Shown piece by piece: positions 51,238 to 64,000 of a stretch of 64,000 nucleotides of DNA. The notes beneath the pieces are model-generated. The model was not told the origin of the DNA, ran no database searches, and worked only from the letters and a program-made list of their open reading frames with translations. Source of the DNA: Fimbriosthenelais zetlandica (taxonomy: Eukaryota); assembly GCA_977030845.1 (NCBI GenBank), contig OZ365115.1, forward strand, positions 4,774,001-4,838,000. Direction: 5' to 3'. The stretch's first letter is position 1. Every line of letters starts with the position of its first letter. The position numbers were made by a program, and so were the translations under genes.

Positions 51238-51543
51238 CAGGGTTCCCAGTGACTCTGGAAATCAGGGAAAACCTGGAAAATGAGTTTCATTTTTTCCAGA
51301 CAGGGAAAGCTTAGGGTATTTGAGAAAAACTGGAAAAACCAGGGAACATTCAGGGAATTTCAACACTGACTCAGAAGGATAATCTTTCAAAGATTGACAC
51401 ACACAATCCCATGCCCGCCATGCACTGAAGTTCAGAGTGCTTCATATGACTAAAATATCCTCTGGAACTTAAGGGCTTCCTCAGGGGAAAAAAATCAGGG
51501 AAAACTCAAGGAATTCTGTTTTCATGAACTGCTGGGAACCCTT
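51238..51543 (+). mobile_element. ~300-bp MITE family B with CAGGGTTCCCAG terminal inverted repeats (hAT-like ends)
   Basis: Starts CAGGGTTCCCAG and ends CTGGGAACCCT; homologous copies at 34325-34598 (-), 56740-57028 and about 61650-61930. TSDs are degenerate. Confidence 0.8.
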
Positions 51544-53257
51544 AAATAGAACAACTTGAGTATGTTTACAAGGGCAATCGTATTTTGACAATCCCAGCCC
51601 AGATGGTACCCCAGTTAATTTTTATCTTTGCATCGGAGTCCCCCCAGTTTAATTCGAGAAATTTGACATTGTCCTTCTCCATCCAGTGCTGCTGACTGGG
51701 ATATCAGGAAAGGCCAATGTCTCCCACTGTCTGCGATTGATTTTTAGATTGACCTTCCTTGTGTAACTTATGACATTTGAATCTTATCCCTGGATTTTCA
51801 CATAATACTATGAATGTGATTTAGATCGTTCTGCACCTGCAATACATTTCTTTCAATACTTCATTCCTGGGTAATTCATCAGACATTGCGCCAGATTCAT
51901 TTGTACACTTCCTTGTCAATATGTATATATCTGTTGTCCCCCAACATACGGAAGTGCTCTCAGTGAGTTCTTTGTGTTGTTCCCTCAGGCATTGTATACT
52001 TCCCAACATCAACATCAGACATGCCTTAGGGCATTTGACATTTGTACAGTAAGGACAGAGGGTGTGTGTTTGGTAAATATTCTGTATCACTTTTGTGCCT
52101 CTTCAAAGTATGCTTATATGTGGAGGTCATATATGTAGCCAAAATGGATTGACATTCAAATTAGGCCTAATTCTCTTCATTTAAATATATAATAATTCAC
52201 ATTATAAGAGTTTTTTCTACAGAATTTACAAATCTGAATTGCTATATCTTGGGAGATGGCTCTTAAACCAAAATCTGAGCGAGTAGAAGTTAATCAGGGA
52301 AATAGACATAAACCTCATTGGGATAAATTAAATTAGCTCTTGTGAAGAAATGAAAGTGTCTAAGTGACATTCCCATGATGATGATTTATATTTCGTAAAC
52401 TTCTAATTTTTGAAGCTGCAGTCTGTTCCAGACCTAATAGTAAACTTTAAGTAAAAAAACACCGGTATTAAAGGTGGAAAAGCCGCTTTAAAAGTTCACC
52501 GGCATTGGTGTATTTCTTGTGGAGGTAGTAGCCCTGCAGGCATCCAATCTTTTTCCTAATCCTTTCCCCTCAACCAATCCATTATAGGTTAATCTGTGAG
52601 TAATCTCCAAGAAGGAACGATTGGAGCCCACCTATCTCATTCCTTTTACTTTAACATTTAAAAAAACCGGTAGCGTTTTCTTGGGGATTTGTTTTGTTCG
52701 ACAGGTAAAAAGTTGTGCCTGAAGGAAGGAATTTGACTTTCTTTTGAATTGCTGTCAAATTTAATTGTCTGGCTTTTTCTGATTGAAGCCATTGTACTCT
52801 ATGACAAAATCTTCGTATCTGCACTTCAACAGATTCGTATGCAGTTCAACTTGTCTGAAATGAAGGTGTCAAAGAGTATACTCCAAGATGTTATAACGCC
52901 AAAATAAAATAACACCAAAAGCCTAATACTCTATGACAACCCTTTAAGGGATTCCCATACTGAGTCCGTTTTGGTCGTCTCTGAACTCAAGGTATCACAG
53001 AGTATATTCTATGCTTTGTTATAGCCTCAGAAGCCCTATTACAGTCTATGACAACTTTAAAAGCATCCCATACTAAGCCAATGGAACCTTCTCTGAACAC
53101 AAAGTGGCACAGAATATAACCTAGACTCAGACTATTCTGGCTCTAGCAGATATAGTCTATATCACCATGTGCAACACTTAAAAGGCTGACTCCATGGGGA
53201 CAACAATGAACCTAAGGCCCCTGCCAAACATATGCCTTTGCAATGTTCCAGTGCTCA

Positions 53258-53367
53258 TCTGCAGCATGATACCTCAGTGAGGCAGCGCTATAAAAGAGTA
53301 TGGGGCTCACTGTCACACATAGGCACCGTCATGAGGTAACTGGAAAATTGTTGAAATACAACTACAA
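53258..53367 (+). mobile_element. SINE family A, 3' fragment
   Basis: ATGATACCTCAGTGAGGCAGCGCTATAAAAGAG...GGCACCGTCATGA tail. Confidence 0.75.
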
Positions 53368-54571
53368 GGCCAGACCCAAACTGTGTAAAATCAATGGAGG
53401 CCTGGATGTGTGGGGATCTTAGTTGACTTCTATTATAGTAGTGGGCAAGCCGCAGATGGTTCACACTGTCACTGGGCTCCTGCCAAATGGTCTCATTCTA
53501 GAAACTATAGAGGGCAAGGTGGGGGAAAGATCAGAGATGGAGGGTACTCTCCAAAATGAAAAATGGTGATTTGGGGATTTAAAAAAATGCGAATATTTAT
53601 ACCGCCGTGAAATTAAGTTTGAAAGTTTCCACTAAGTATGAAACATTTCACTAAGTATGGAACTAAGTATGAAACATTTTATTTGCCATGTGTCAGTCCG
53701 GATCTGTAACAAAGATATTCAAAATATTTAACGTATTTGCTGCTGGAATAAGTGAAAACAACCCTGGAAAACAGCACTGATTAGTGACATGAAATGGGAG
53801 ATGGGAAAGAATGGTTATCTTTTGTTTTACAAAACATCGGTCCACAGAATACGAAAACAAGAGAGAGGGGAAGAACGTGTGGGATGGGAGGATTGTATTT
53901 TGGAGTGGGAGCTGTTATAGAGATTACGAACACGTGTATAGAGCTTTTATTTATGGGTCTGGGCAAGTCTGAAGGATGGCCTTGGTGGAGGAATAGTAGG
54001 AGGACCTGCTTCATCTAATAGACTTGTACACGTCTCAGCTTTCATTTATTTTCTTGATTTTGTTTTAATTAAGAGTAAGATTTATTGAGTATAAATGAAT
54101 GAATGAATGAATGGACGAATGAGTGAGTGAATGGATGAATGGATGAACGAATGAATGAATGAATGAATCGATGAATCAACCTTTAAATCAATTAGTGCAA
54201 ACTTGGTTTTCCATTTCTATGCAACACCCATCCCCACCCCAAAACAGATGACATTTCCATCACACCAAGATACATGTATCCACATACAAATAATAATTCC
54301 AAAAGTATTCAACAGATAAAATAAATGTTTGCGATAAGCTTCGACCTCATGAGGCTAAACCTTTCACAGATAACCAGAGGGACTGGCGACCAGTCTAGGA
54401 GAGACGAGTGTAGCGGCCAGTCTATGAGGTATCTATACAGACTGGACCTTGGTCTGTAAGCTTACCACTTTCAACAATGATATACTGCCCTCTCTGACCA
54501 CTGGTCAGTTTTCCATCCAGACATGGAGGATATTGCTCAGTCTATATATCCCCTTATTGCTCTACCTTTAT

Positions 54572-55410
54572 AAAGGTGCTCACACACCAAGCCCACAGAC
54601 CGACTAAAGGTGCTCACACACCAAGCCCACAGCCGACTAAAGGTGCTCACACACCAAGCCCACAGACCGACTAAAGGTGCTCACACACCAAGCCCACAGA
54701 CAGACTAAAGGTGCTCACACACCAAGCCCACAGACCGACTAAAGGTGCTCACACACCAAGCCCACAGACCGACTAAAGGTGCTCACACACCAAGCCCACA
54801 GACCGACTAAAGGTGCTCACACACCAAGCCCACAGACTGACTAAAGGTGCTCACACACCAAGCCCACAGACAGACTAAAGGTGCTCACACACCAAGCCCA
54901 CAGACCGACTAAAGGTGCTCACACACCAAGCCCACAGACAGACTAAAGGTGCTCACACACCAAGCCCACAGACCGACTAAAGGTGCTCACACACCAAGCC
55001 CACAGACTGACTAAAGGTGCTCACACACCAAGCCCACAGACCGACTAAAGGTGCTCACACACCAAGCCCACAGACCGACTAAAGGTGCTCTCACCAAGCC
55101 CCCAGACTGACTAAAGGTGCTCACACACCAAGCCCACAGACAGACTAAAGGTGCTCACACACCAAGCCCACAGACCGACTAAAGGTGCTCACACACCAAG
55201 CCCACAGACAGACTAAAGGTGCTCACACACCAAGCCCACAGACCGACTAAAGGTGCTCACACACCAAGCCCACAGACTGACTAAAGGTGCTCACACACCA
55301 AGCCCACAGACCGACTAAAGGTGCTCACACACCAAGCCCACAGACTGACTAAAGGTGCTCACACACCAAGCCCACAGACCGACTAAAGGTGCTCTCACCA
55401 AGCCCCCTAG
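54572..55410. repeat. 34-bp minisatellite, about 25 copies
   Basis: Unit AAAGGTGCTCACACACCAAGCCCACAGAC(C/A/T)GACT. Confidence 0.97.
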
Positions 55411-55769
55411 CTGATTCCACTTTTTAAAGGCATTTTAAAGGCATTCTAACTGTGTATATAACATTTTATTTTATATGCCTAAATTGCCCATGAAAACGAT
55501 AGCGGAAATTAATAATTTTATTTTTAAGTGTTTTTTTTAATTTTGGGGGCTCGATTGAATATGCCCCCCCCCCGCACACTCCTGGATCCACTCCAGGCCA
55601 GTACACCAATATCACACAGTTCTTATCAATGGTGGGCCGGGCTGTGGTAACATTTTGTACCGGCCCAGGTCTGTCTTATTTATGTATTTGTGGGGCAGGC
55701 GGTGCGGGCCACCAATTAGACAAGGCTGATTGATTAGAAGGCAAGACAAGATGATCCCCCCCTGGTGCA

Positions 55770-56340
55770 GACTGGAGGTGGGTGGGTGGAGGTGGGGTGG
55801 GAGAGAGGGTTGGGAGGGAGGGGGGTGGAAGGTTGGTGGGACGGAGTCAGTTGGGGAGCGAGAGGGGTGTGTGGGTGGGGTTGGAGGAAACTATAGGGTG
55901 GGGGGAGGGAACGGAAGGTGAGGGGTAGAGGTTGTGTTGAGGAGGGAAGGAGAGAGGGAGGGAAGGAGTGAGGAAAGGATGAGAAGGTTGGGGAGGTGGA
56001 GGACCTAGAGGGAGAAGTGTAGCAGGAGGGCAGAGAGGGGAAGAAGGAGAAGTGAGTGAGAGCGAGAGAGTGAAGGGAAAGAGATGGGAGAGAAGAGAGA
56101 GGAGGTAGGGAAAAGGGAGAGAGACAAAGATCAAAGGGAGACAGAAAGGAGAGAGGGAGAACGAAATATAGAAGAGAGTGAGGGGGTATAGAGAAAGAAA
56201 AGGGAGGGTCGAGGGAGAAAGAGACATGTGTTGTGAGAGATGGGAGAGGGATGGGAGGAAGGGGAATAGGGGAAGGTGGAAGGAGGGGTGGGGATGGGAA
56301 GGGTAGATGAAGAGAGGCAGGAGGGGAGGGATCAGGAGTA
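55770..56340. repeat. G/A-rich low-complexity tract
   Basis: Near-pure purine strand; similar tracts at 220-430 (CT), 23960-24320, 28120-28330 and 31400-31550. Confidence 0.9.
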
Positions 56341-56739
56341 ACAGCTAAGAGCAGAGTGCGTTCGAATGTACCCAGTTGTTCACCTTAGTCAAAGCCCAGG
56401 GGGCAGGGCTGTTACTTGCCCTCTTCCTATACAATACAATAACCGCTTATTATTATGCACCTGCTCATACAAAGGGGCCGTATCATAAAAGAAAACCCCA
56501 CACACACGTTACTACTAACCATTATAAAGGAGAAACAAAAATCCCATTTTCATACATACATTTTTTATGAGACTTGGCCATATATTTGCCATAGCTCCGC
56601 TTTGTCTATATATTCCAGAGAAAATGGCCCTATACATATACTACTTACAGAAAGTTAGGGATGTTATAAAGTTATGGCAAAAGCTTTCGGGGTTTAACAA
56701 ATAGGCATTTAGAGAAACATGAGTATTCTAGCAATATTG

Positions 56740-57028
56740 CAGGGTTCCCAGCGACTGTGGAAAAAAATTGAAAATGAGTTTCACTTTTTCAAGACAGGGT
56801 AAACTCATGGAATTTGAGAAAAACTGGAAAAATCAGGGAAAACTCAGAGAATTTCAATGCTGACTCAGAAGGATAATCTTTCAGAGATTGACGCGTACAA
56901 TCCCATGCCCGCCACTGAAGTTCAGAATGCTTCATATGACTAAAATATCTCCAGGAATGTAAGGGCTTACTCAGGGAAAATCAGGGAATATTCAGGGAAT
57001 TATGTTTTCATGAACTGCTGGGAAACTG
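56740..57028 (+). mobile_element. MITE family B copy
   Basis: Collinear with 51238-51543, both TIRs present. Confidence 0.8.
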
Positions 57029-58049
57029 AATTATAGGGAGACAAAGGTATTGTTAGGCCGTGGAGAAATTTCATATTTTTAGTACTATGTCTCTAACTTT
57101 TAAGTGGACTGTATTATATATTTATATACTCATACCGTTTAATGTTGTTCAAAGTAGAATACAAACAGGGCTGTCGTCAGTAGTATAAGGGATTGACTAT
57201 TTGATGCAGGTGACTCTATAAAATTTGCTAGAAAAACTTGTGTGCTATATTTATATTGTATGCGATAGGGGAGAAAGGTACAGCCAGCATATGTATACAA
57301 TGGGACGAATAAATATTATGTACACTTACATTCTAGTATTTAGTATTGAAAAATTATATCATTTCTCAATTTATATAATTATTATTCGCTTGTGAATATA
57401 ATTTCGCTTGATTTCCATCGATTCTGTACTGGTGACTTTTCATTGGGAACTCCTAATGAAATTTGAAAATTAATGTCAGCTAAAGGAAAGTAGCAATTTA
57501 AGAATATATACCCTTTGAAATACCAAAAGGAATTGCTACATTATTTGACAGTAAATGGAAAGAACTATGATTTAGACTAAAATTTAATCCTTTTCTCCAC
57601 TTCTCAAAATGAAACAAATATAGACAATTTTACTAAAGACCATAACTTAGTACAAGTGAAATCATGAAAATAGATTTGTTTCTATTTCCCAAAAGGGAAC
57701 GCACACATTTTACCAAAGCCCATTTTGACATTAAATTACGTTTTGACATTTCTATGGCCAACCATATGAAAATAATATCTCTAAATTGTTGCATTGTATT
57801 TCCTGCATAGTTTCCCTATTGTATCAGTCCCTGCTTTCACTGACAATATATGTGTCACTTTGCCATGGTGAAAAGTCACTGGAGACTCATTTCAAACAAG
57901 CTGGTAAATACAGAGGAGTTGAAATGGTTCCCAAGGGAACCAGTGGCCCAGTTTGCCGCATGTTTAATGTGGTAATGTTTATAGATCATACATGTATGAA
58001 CCTGTAATGATAATGCGGGCAGTGCATAGAATGTGGAAAGGTACACTGC

Positions 58050-58345
58050 AGCTTATAAGAGGACAGTACTAGGACTGGTCAACCCGGTGTCAGTACAATG
58101 TGACTGGGTGATGTATCATATGCGTGGGACATGATACCTCAGTGAGGCAGCACTCAGCAATAAGAGTACAGTACTAAGACTGGTCGGCCTTGTATCAGGA
58201 TAATTTGACTGGGTGAGGTATCATGTTATGTGTCTGCGACATGAAGCCTCAGTGAGGCAGCACTATAAAAGAGCATATAGGGCTCACTGTCACAAGTAGG
58301 CATCGTCATGATATAACTGAAAAATTGTTAAAAATGTTATTCAAC
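58050..58345 (+). mobile_element. SINE family A with tandemly duplicated body
   Basis: Two consecutive copies of the central domain, then one tail. Confidence 0.8.
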
Positions 58346-59141
58346 TATAAAAAATTCACTGAGTGTTGGCGTGGTGCATTTATGGCTTAATGGAGACGTT
58401 GTTTACATGTTGGTATCGTCCATTATGGACGGGGAACATGATGAGTGTGAACGTGACAAGCTTGATGAACAGTGTATCATGTTACCTTTATAGATGTGTG
58501 CATGCCCATAGTGCTCAAACAACCTACACTCTTAAAAAACTGGTTCCAACATTGATGGTCCGTTCTGTCTATCCATCAAAGGGATAATTAAGTGGGCTTT
58601 ATTTACAGGGTATAATTAAATATCGCATCGAATTCTGCGAAGTAATTTGATGCATTTGCGATATAATATCCAGTTGGCATCGCGATTTGATCTTGATCTT
58701 GCATCGCAAAATATCATAAGAGTGATATTAAGAAAACCGCTGCTATTAACTTTAATTTGATGGGTTTGCCACACCAGGAAGTGACATGTTTTGTGTCCAA
58801 CTCTGACCAATCAGAGTTCACCAGTCCTGGCGTATCGCTCTGATCTGTCCATAGGTGGCCTCTGGTAGAAAACACCGGAACTATACCCTTCATTCTGATT
58901 GGCTAATCCAACATCATAGACTAAAAATTAATTTTTATTCTGCTGCAAATTATCAGATTTAGGAATTAATTTCTCTCTGAAGGGAGATCAGATGGTAATG
59001 ATTTAACTCAAATCAAATATCTAACGTCAGAACTACCTATGAAAAAATGTAATATTAGTGTTCCACATCCCTTTAATCTATATGATTCGGTTAAGCGCAG
59101 CATTTTCTACCATGTGGCTGTGTGGTGAGAGTTCATGTAAG

Positions 59142-59877
59142 CTTAGAGTAAAATGAATAGAGGGAGCACTCCTCCAGATCTGAGGTACCATGTGCGCCGC
59201 CGCCCTGGAGGAGGTAACCACGGGTATGACAGTAAAACAGCATGGGGTAGGTGGAGGGAAGACTGACCACATCTGAGTGGTCAGCTGATTGCCGCCTTGA
59301 TATGACCTCAGAGGAGGGTATTACCCTGCCCCCACTTTGTTCTCAGTGGAGAAACATAGGGGAATTATAGAAACAACCGGGTTTTCACTCTCTGATATCT
59401 AATTGGTGACACGCGGTGACACGGGTTACACTTATACCAAGAGGTAGAGAATCTTTTTCTCTTTAATAATATGCAATTTCAATGCCCCCCAATACAGCCC
59501 AAAATGGTGGAAAATGGATGTTAAAAGTACAATACTCAGATGTTTCTGTGTCAATTCTGAAGGCTAGAATGGTCCGAGAAACACAGGCTTGCTATCAAAA
59601 TGACCGCATTGATGGATCGGATCTTACTGTTGCTTACTGTAAAGATTGGTCTATTACCTTATGAGTTATTAATTTTTTTATAATCCCTTAAAATTTACTA
59701 GGTCACTAGGACATCAGTAAAATCAGGTCGAATCGGCGGCGCACATGGTGTACAAAGGGGTTCTGTTATCTACTAAATCTAAGATATCTCTCTCATCCCC
59801 GGCCGCGGATTCGGAGCCTCTCAACAGGAGGCAAACCGCAGTTCGGGAAGAGCTCTCTCTATTCATTTTACTCTAAG
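59142..59877. mobile_element. 736-bp non-autonomous TIR element
   Basis: 26-bp TIRs (CTTAGAGTAAAATGAATAGAG.GAGC), a second perfect 16-bp inverted pair (59187-59202 / 59734-59749) and ATGTAAG directly repeated on both flanks. Confidence 0.7.
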
Positions 59878-60925
59878 ATGTAAGCCAACTACAACCACCT
59901 GTCAACTATATAAGATCGATTAATGGACTCTAGGCCTACCTGTCTGTTGTGAGCTCGAGCAGAAAAAATAACCCCCAACACTTGTGCTGAGTTCGTGCTC
60001 ATTTCTCCTGAGCTTCAGCTTGTATGGAACAAACAAGTGTACCAATACTTACCTTGGTCTTAGAGTTTACTCTAAGCCTTGGTATAATATTGGAGAACAT
60101 AGTAAAAGTTTACTGTTATTTTACTGTAAAATGGGGTATTCATACAGTGTATAATATTGGTATACTTGAATAGCAAACGCAGTGCAATGTAAGCACAATT
60201 CGTGTGCAATTTAAGCACAATTCTTGTGCAATTTAAGCATAAGAATTTACTCCCTTACCCAGTGCTGTTAACTGGGATATCAAAGGCCAGGTATCTCTAT
60301 GGTGAGATGCATGTCAAGGGCCATGCAGTCATGGTCACCCACTGCACTGCTGAAATGCAGAACATTGTATGCCAACAGCATGTTTCCAACTAGTCAAGTT
60401 AGAAGAGCAAATGATTTTTGACCTGAGTCAGATAGGTCAAAAATTGCTGACTGGAAATTGAGCAACTTTCCAATTACTCACAGTCACTCAGTCATTTACT
60501 CATTCGCCCACTCACTCACTCGCCCCCTCACTCACTCGCCCACCCACTCACTCACCAGTTGCGCATCTTTTTTTATGAAACGGCCCCAGCGCGCCGATGA
60601 TAGAGTGTCCTGTTTGTTAGGGCAAACAGGCTCTTAATCGATTTTCGATGTATAGCACGTGGATCGGGCTCTAGAGGGTTCCATGAAAAATGGCCTTTGT
60701 TCAACACTGATAAATGTCAGTCAAAATTGGGATCGACAGAGAGCTTTTACTCGACTGTGGTGTAAATTTAAAGGGTGAAAATAATAATGGAGGTATTGCA
60801 TAATCCAACGCACACTCGCGAAATCTTGCAGAATTTGGTTTGAATGTATATGGAATTCTCAAATTTCAGTTCGCCGGTTTTAATCCGGTGGAAAATCCTA
60901 GCACCTCTTATTGGTACTAGTAGAT

Positions 60926-61140
60926 CCCTCGCTTGTCACTCCGCAATAAGAGTACAGTACTAGGACTGGTCGGCCTTGTGTCAGGATAATGAGACTGGGT
61001 GAGGTATCATGTCAAGTGCCTGTGATGTGATACCCCAGTGGAGCAACACTATAAAAGAGCATTGGGCTCATTGTCACAAGTAGACACCGTCATGAAAAAA
61101 TGTTGAAATCGACAAAATTGTTAAACCAAACACTACAACA
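60926..61140 (+). mobile_element. SINE family A, 5'-truncated
   Basis: Body and tail match the family. Confidence 0.75.
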
Positions 61141-61649
61141 ATATTTAATGCCCGCTATTGACAGGTTATAATGGGCATTGACCAACAAGCAAACACCTAT
61201 GGTCAGTGACCCTGGTTGTACGACATTAATCTTATGTACCTGGGTAGGGTGGAAGCTGGGGTCAAGCGGTCAAGCCTGTAAGCCTGGCCTTGATCTGGCT
61301 CAAGTGATGTATCGGCAAGCCCTAATGGATCGTGTCAAACTTTACTTAACTTGACCTTCAATAGAAAACTTGAGAAAATCGAAACAACTTTTGTTCGCAT
61401 TACAAAGAGGCGATTTTGTTTCTTTTAAAACTTCTGAATTAAAAGTGCCTGTAGTAATTTAAGCACTTAAGAAAAGTTTTAAATCTAAAGCATTTTCTTT
61501 GGGCAAACACCTTTTGTGTATCGGAGCTCTAACTTATTTAGTTTAGTGGTGTTATTTCAGAGAAAAGCTGCATGTTTGTTATATATGAGATGAGGAAAGC
61601 TTTCTTCTTGGAGCGCTTCCCTAATGCTAGCCCCACACTGGAGGCGTCC

Positions 61650-61930
61650 ACGGGACTCCTAGTGACTCTGGAAATCAGGGAAAACCTGGAAAATGATTTC
61701 CAATGTTTCCAGACAGAGAAAACGCAGGGGATTTGAGAAAAACTGGAAAAATCAGGGACAACTTAGGGAGTTACAACACTGACTCAGAAGGATAATCCTT
61801 GACGTGTACAATCCCATGCCCGCCAATGAATTTCAGAGTGCTTATTATGACTAAAAGATCTCCCAGAATTTAAGGGTTTACTCAAGGAAAAATCAGGGAA
61901 TTCTGTTTTCATAAACTGCTGGGAAGACTG
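61650..61930 (+). mobile_element. MITE family B copy
   Basis: Collinear with 51238-51543; ends degenerate. Confidence 0.75.
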
Positions 61931-62302
61931 GTCCAGCAGCCCAAATCCAAACCCTTGAAACACATTGCCAGAACGTTTTTGGATACACTTGCACACAAAT
62001 GACGAAACACTTGCGATAGCCATGCGTTCAGCTCTAGACACTTCAAAAAGAGAAAGGCAGGCCTGCAGTGTGTCGGCATTGATCCTTGCTTTCAGCAAAG
62101 CACCATTCTCAAAGGTTTTGTCCTTAATACACAAAGCTTTTGGTGAAGAGAGATCACAGATATCAAGTCAAAATCAACTTTCAACTTTCAGCATGTATTG
62201 ATAAATCTTCATATTTTAAAAGTTCACTCAAACGGGGATGATGAGAGTCGGCTAGAGTGTCTGCCCCATGTGTGCAAGGTCGCAGAGAGAGATTTTCCGT
62301 CT

Positions 62303-62451
62303 GTCGATTCTACCAGATGACATTTTCTGTCAATTCTACCAGATGACGTTTTTTGTCAATTCTACCAGATGACGTTTTTTGTCAATTCTACAAGATGACA
62401 TTTTCTTTCAATTCTACCAGATGACGTTTTTTGTCAATTCTACCAGATGAC
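62303..62451. repeat. 26-bp tandem repeat, about 6 copies
   Basis: GTCAATTCTACCAGATGACGTTTTTT with period 26. Confidence 0.9.
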
Positions 62452-64000
62452 ATGTGACATGTAAAATTAATATAGACATCAACTGTGACGCATTTTGAAT
62501 ACGACATATGTGGCAAATTCGATAAAATTTGAATCATCTGGATTTGTTCAGCTTGCATGAACAATCCAGTTAAACAGTGTCTCGATCTTCCATTTGTGAT
62601 TTTATTTGAGTTTATATAAAATATAGATGGTTATTATTTGTTCCATACGCAGAATCTGTTTATAACTATAAATACAAGGACAAAATCCCTGTCTCAAAAG
62701 GTATGGGTACCGCAAGTGACGTGTAACTGCACTAGCAGGGGCTTGCTACTTGTGAGGGGTTCTCTTTGCGAGTGGCGTGGCAGATATGTCAGTTTAGGCC
62801 ATAGAAAGTCAACCTTGGACTAACCTCAACAAAATCCTATCAGTTGTCCCTGAATGGGAAGAATTTGCAACTGAAGATGGAAGAATCTCTCACTATAGAC
62901 AGTGGGGGAGTGGACTTTTGATATCTCGACGCGTCCATAGATTACGATTTTTTAAATGGCATATTTCTTGATCTGTATATTTGACTTTTATATGAAAACT
63001 GCTCAATGTCAATGTCGAATTTGTTTGAATCGATCAACCACCACTTTAAGAATACACTAAATTCTCTCTGATATCTCATAGTTTTTATATTAGATAATAG
63101 GGACCTACAGAGTACAAAGTCGATTTAGACCATCTGAATGGAAATATTCTTGCAAAATCGATTGTGAAGAATTTTAATATTATCCTTGGGTATTGACTTA
63201 TCTGTTGGCGCCAGGGACATCATTGTTGACCCAGATGCAAATGGGATTAGAATCAATGTCTGAAAACAGATCCTCAATGTAAACTGTGACGCTTGATGAG
63301 CCCACGCTCTCACCGTGAAAAATGGCAAATTTAAAGCTACTCTATCACTCTTTTCCATGGCCATATATGGGCCCACATAGAGGCGATTCTCCATATAGGC
63401 GATAGCTGCGCGAAACTATATTTCTAGTCCGACCAACGCTTGCAATTTCGTCAGTGGTTAGCCTTGGGTAGATTCTGATTTTTTTGGGGGGCACTTGGGG
63501 TGTCAGATAGGGGGCCCCTGGTCCCCTCTCCCTTTAAGAATTGCCCATTAGGGTTCTATGAGAGTATTGATATAGATGGTAGTAGAGGTTGGAGAGGTCA
63601 GACACAGTCGCATTGGAGTGGGGACTAGGCCTAGTACTTGCCCTTGTCGTCATACCATTATTTCCTATTTTCCAACATTTAAAAGGACATTATTTTGTTT
63701 AGATTTCAGTAAATTTTCTGAGAGTGAATGTTATTGAATATGAATAGATTGCACTCTCCCTTAGTGGTTAGGTCCCTAAAGTGCATGGTCAGACCTAAAC
63801 AATGGTCAGTGTTGCTCAAAATGTCCAATTATTTTGTTTATTATTTTTTTCTTGTTTTGTGGAAATGGTTTCAGGCTCATCTAGCTAATGGACAAAACAT
63901 AGAGCTCTATATATGTACGGGAAAAGTCCCGAGTGCTCAATCGATTTTTATGTTTGCTGATAACTTCTGATCGGCATATTCAGGTGTGCTGTGAATAGAT

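Noticed and set aside
54320-54360. Hammerhead/Penelope-like end (CTCATGAG..CGAAG on -)
   Set aside because: Core CTGANGA and GAAA are not intact and stem II is absent.
54572-55410. CRISPR-like array
   Set aside because: Contiguous repeats with no unique spacers, no cas genes, eukaryotic context; same for the 72-bp array.
58360-58490. WLNGDVV resembling the Ulp1 protease WLND motif
   Set aside because: Short, closed by stops, and no catalytic His/Asp/Cys context.
61146-61180. Resemblance to miR-2001 (GTTATAATGGGCA, from memory)
   Set aside because: The seed region differs and the hairpin is only ~33 nt with the match on the 3' side; not a pre-miRNA.
62600-63400. Possible decayed RTE-type LINE on - (YIEDLFSD...)
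   Set aside because: Similarity is too loose and broken across frames to support without TBLASTN; likewise 51780-52130.

Overview
Eukaryotic, AT-rich, intron-containing invertebrate DNA. The SINE/MITE content suggests a lophotrochozoan such as a mollusc (inference only). There is one assembly gap (42621-42781). The first 18 kb is a compact five-gene cluster, rebuilt exon by exon with intact GT-AG junctions and reading frames: two divergent PMP22/claudin-superfamily genes, RER1 (-), PUSL1/TruA (+) and alpha-L-fucosidase (-). The remaining 46 kb is gene-poor. It holds one convincing coding exon (35782-36289), probably the first coding exon of a GT7/beta-1,4-galactosyltransferase-like type II membrane protein whose later exons I could not find. 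It also holds two tRNA-headed SINE families, several MITE families and tandem arrays. I found no clear new multi-gene system. The best leads are: an alternative PDZ-type C-terminus and single-Cys loops in the claudin-like pair; CLEAR/M-box motifs at the fucosidase start; a duplicated poison splice acceptor; a CTCF-like site at the dense/sparse boundary; a 736-bp TIR element with a 7-bp direct flank; and two very homogeneous tandem arrays.
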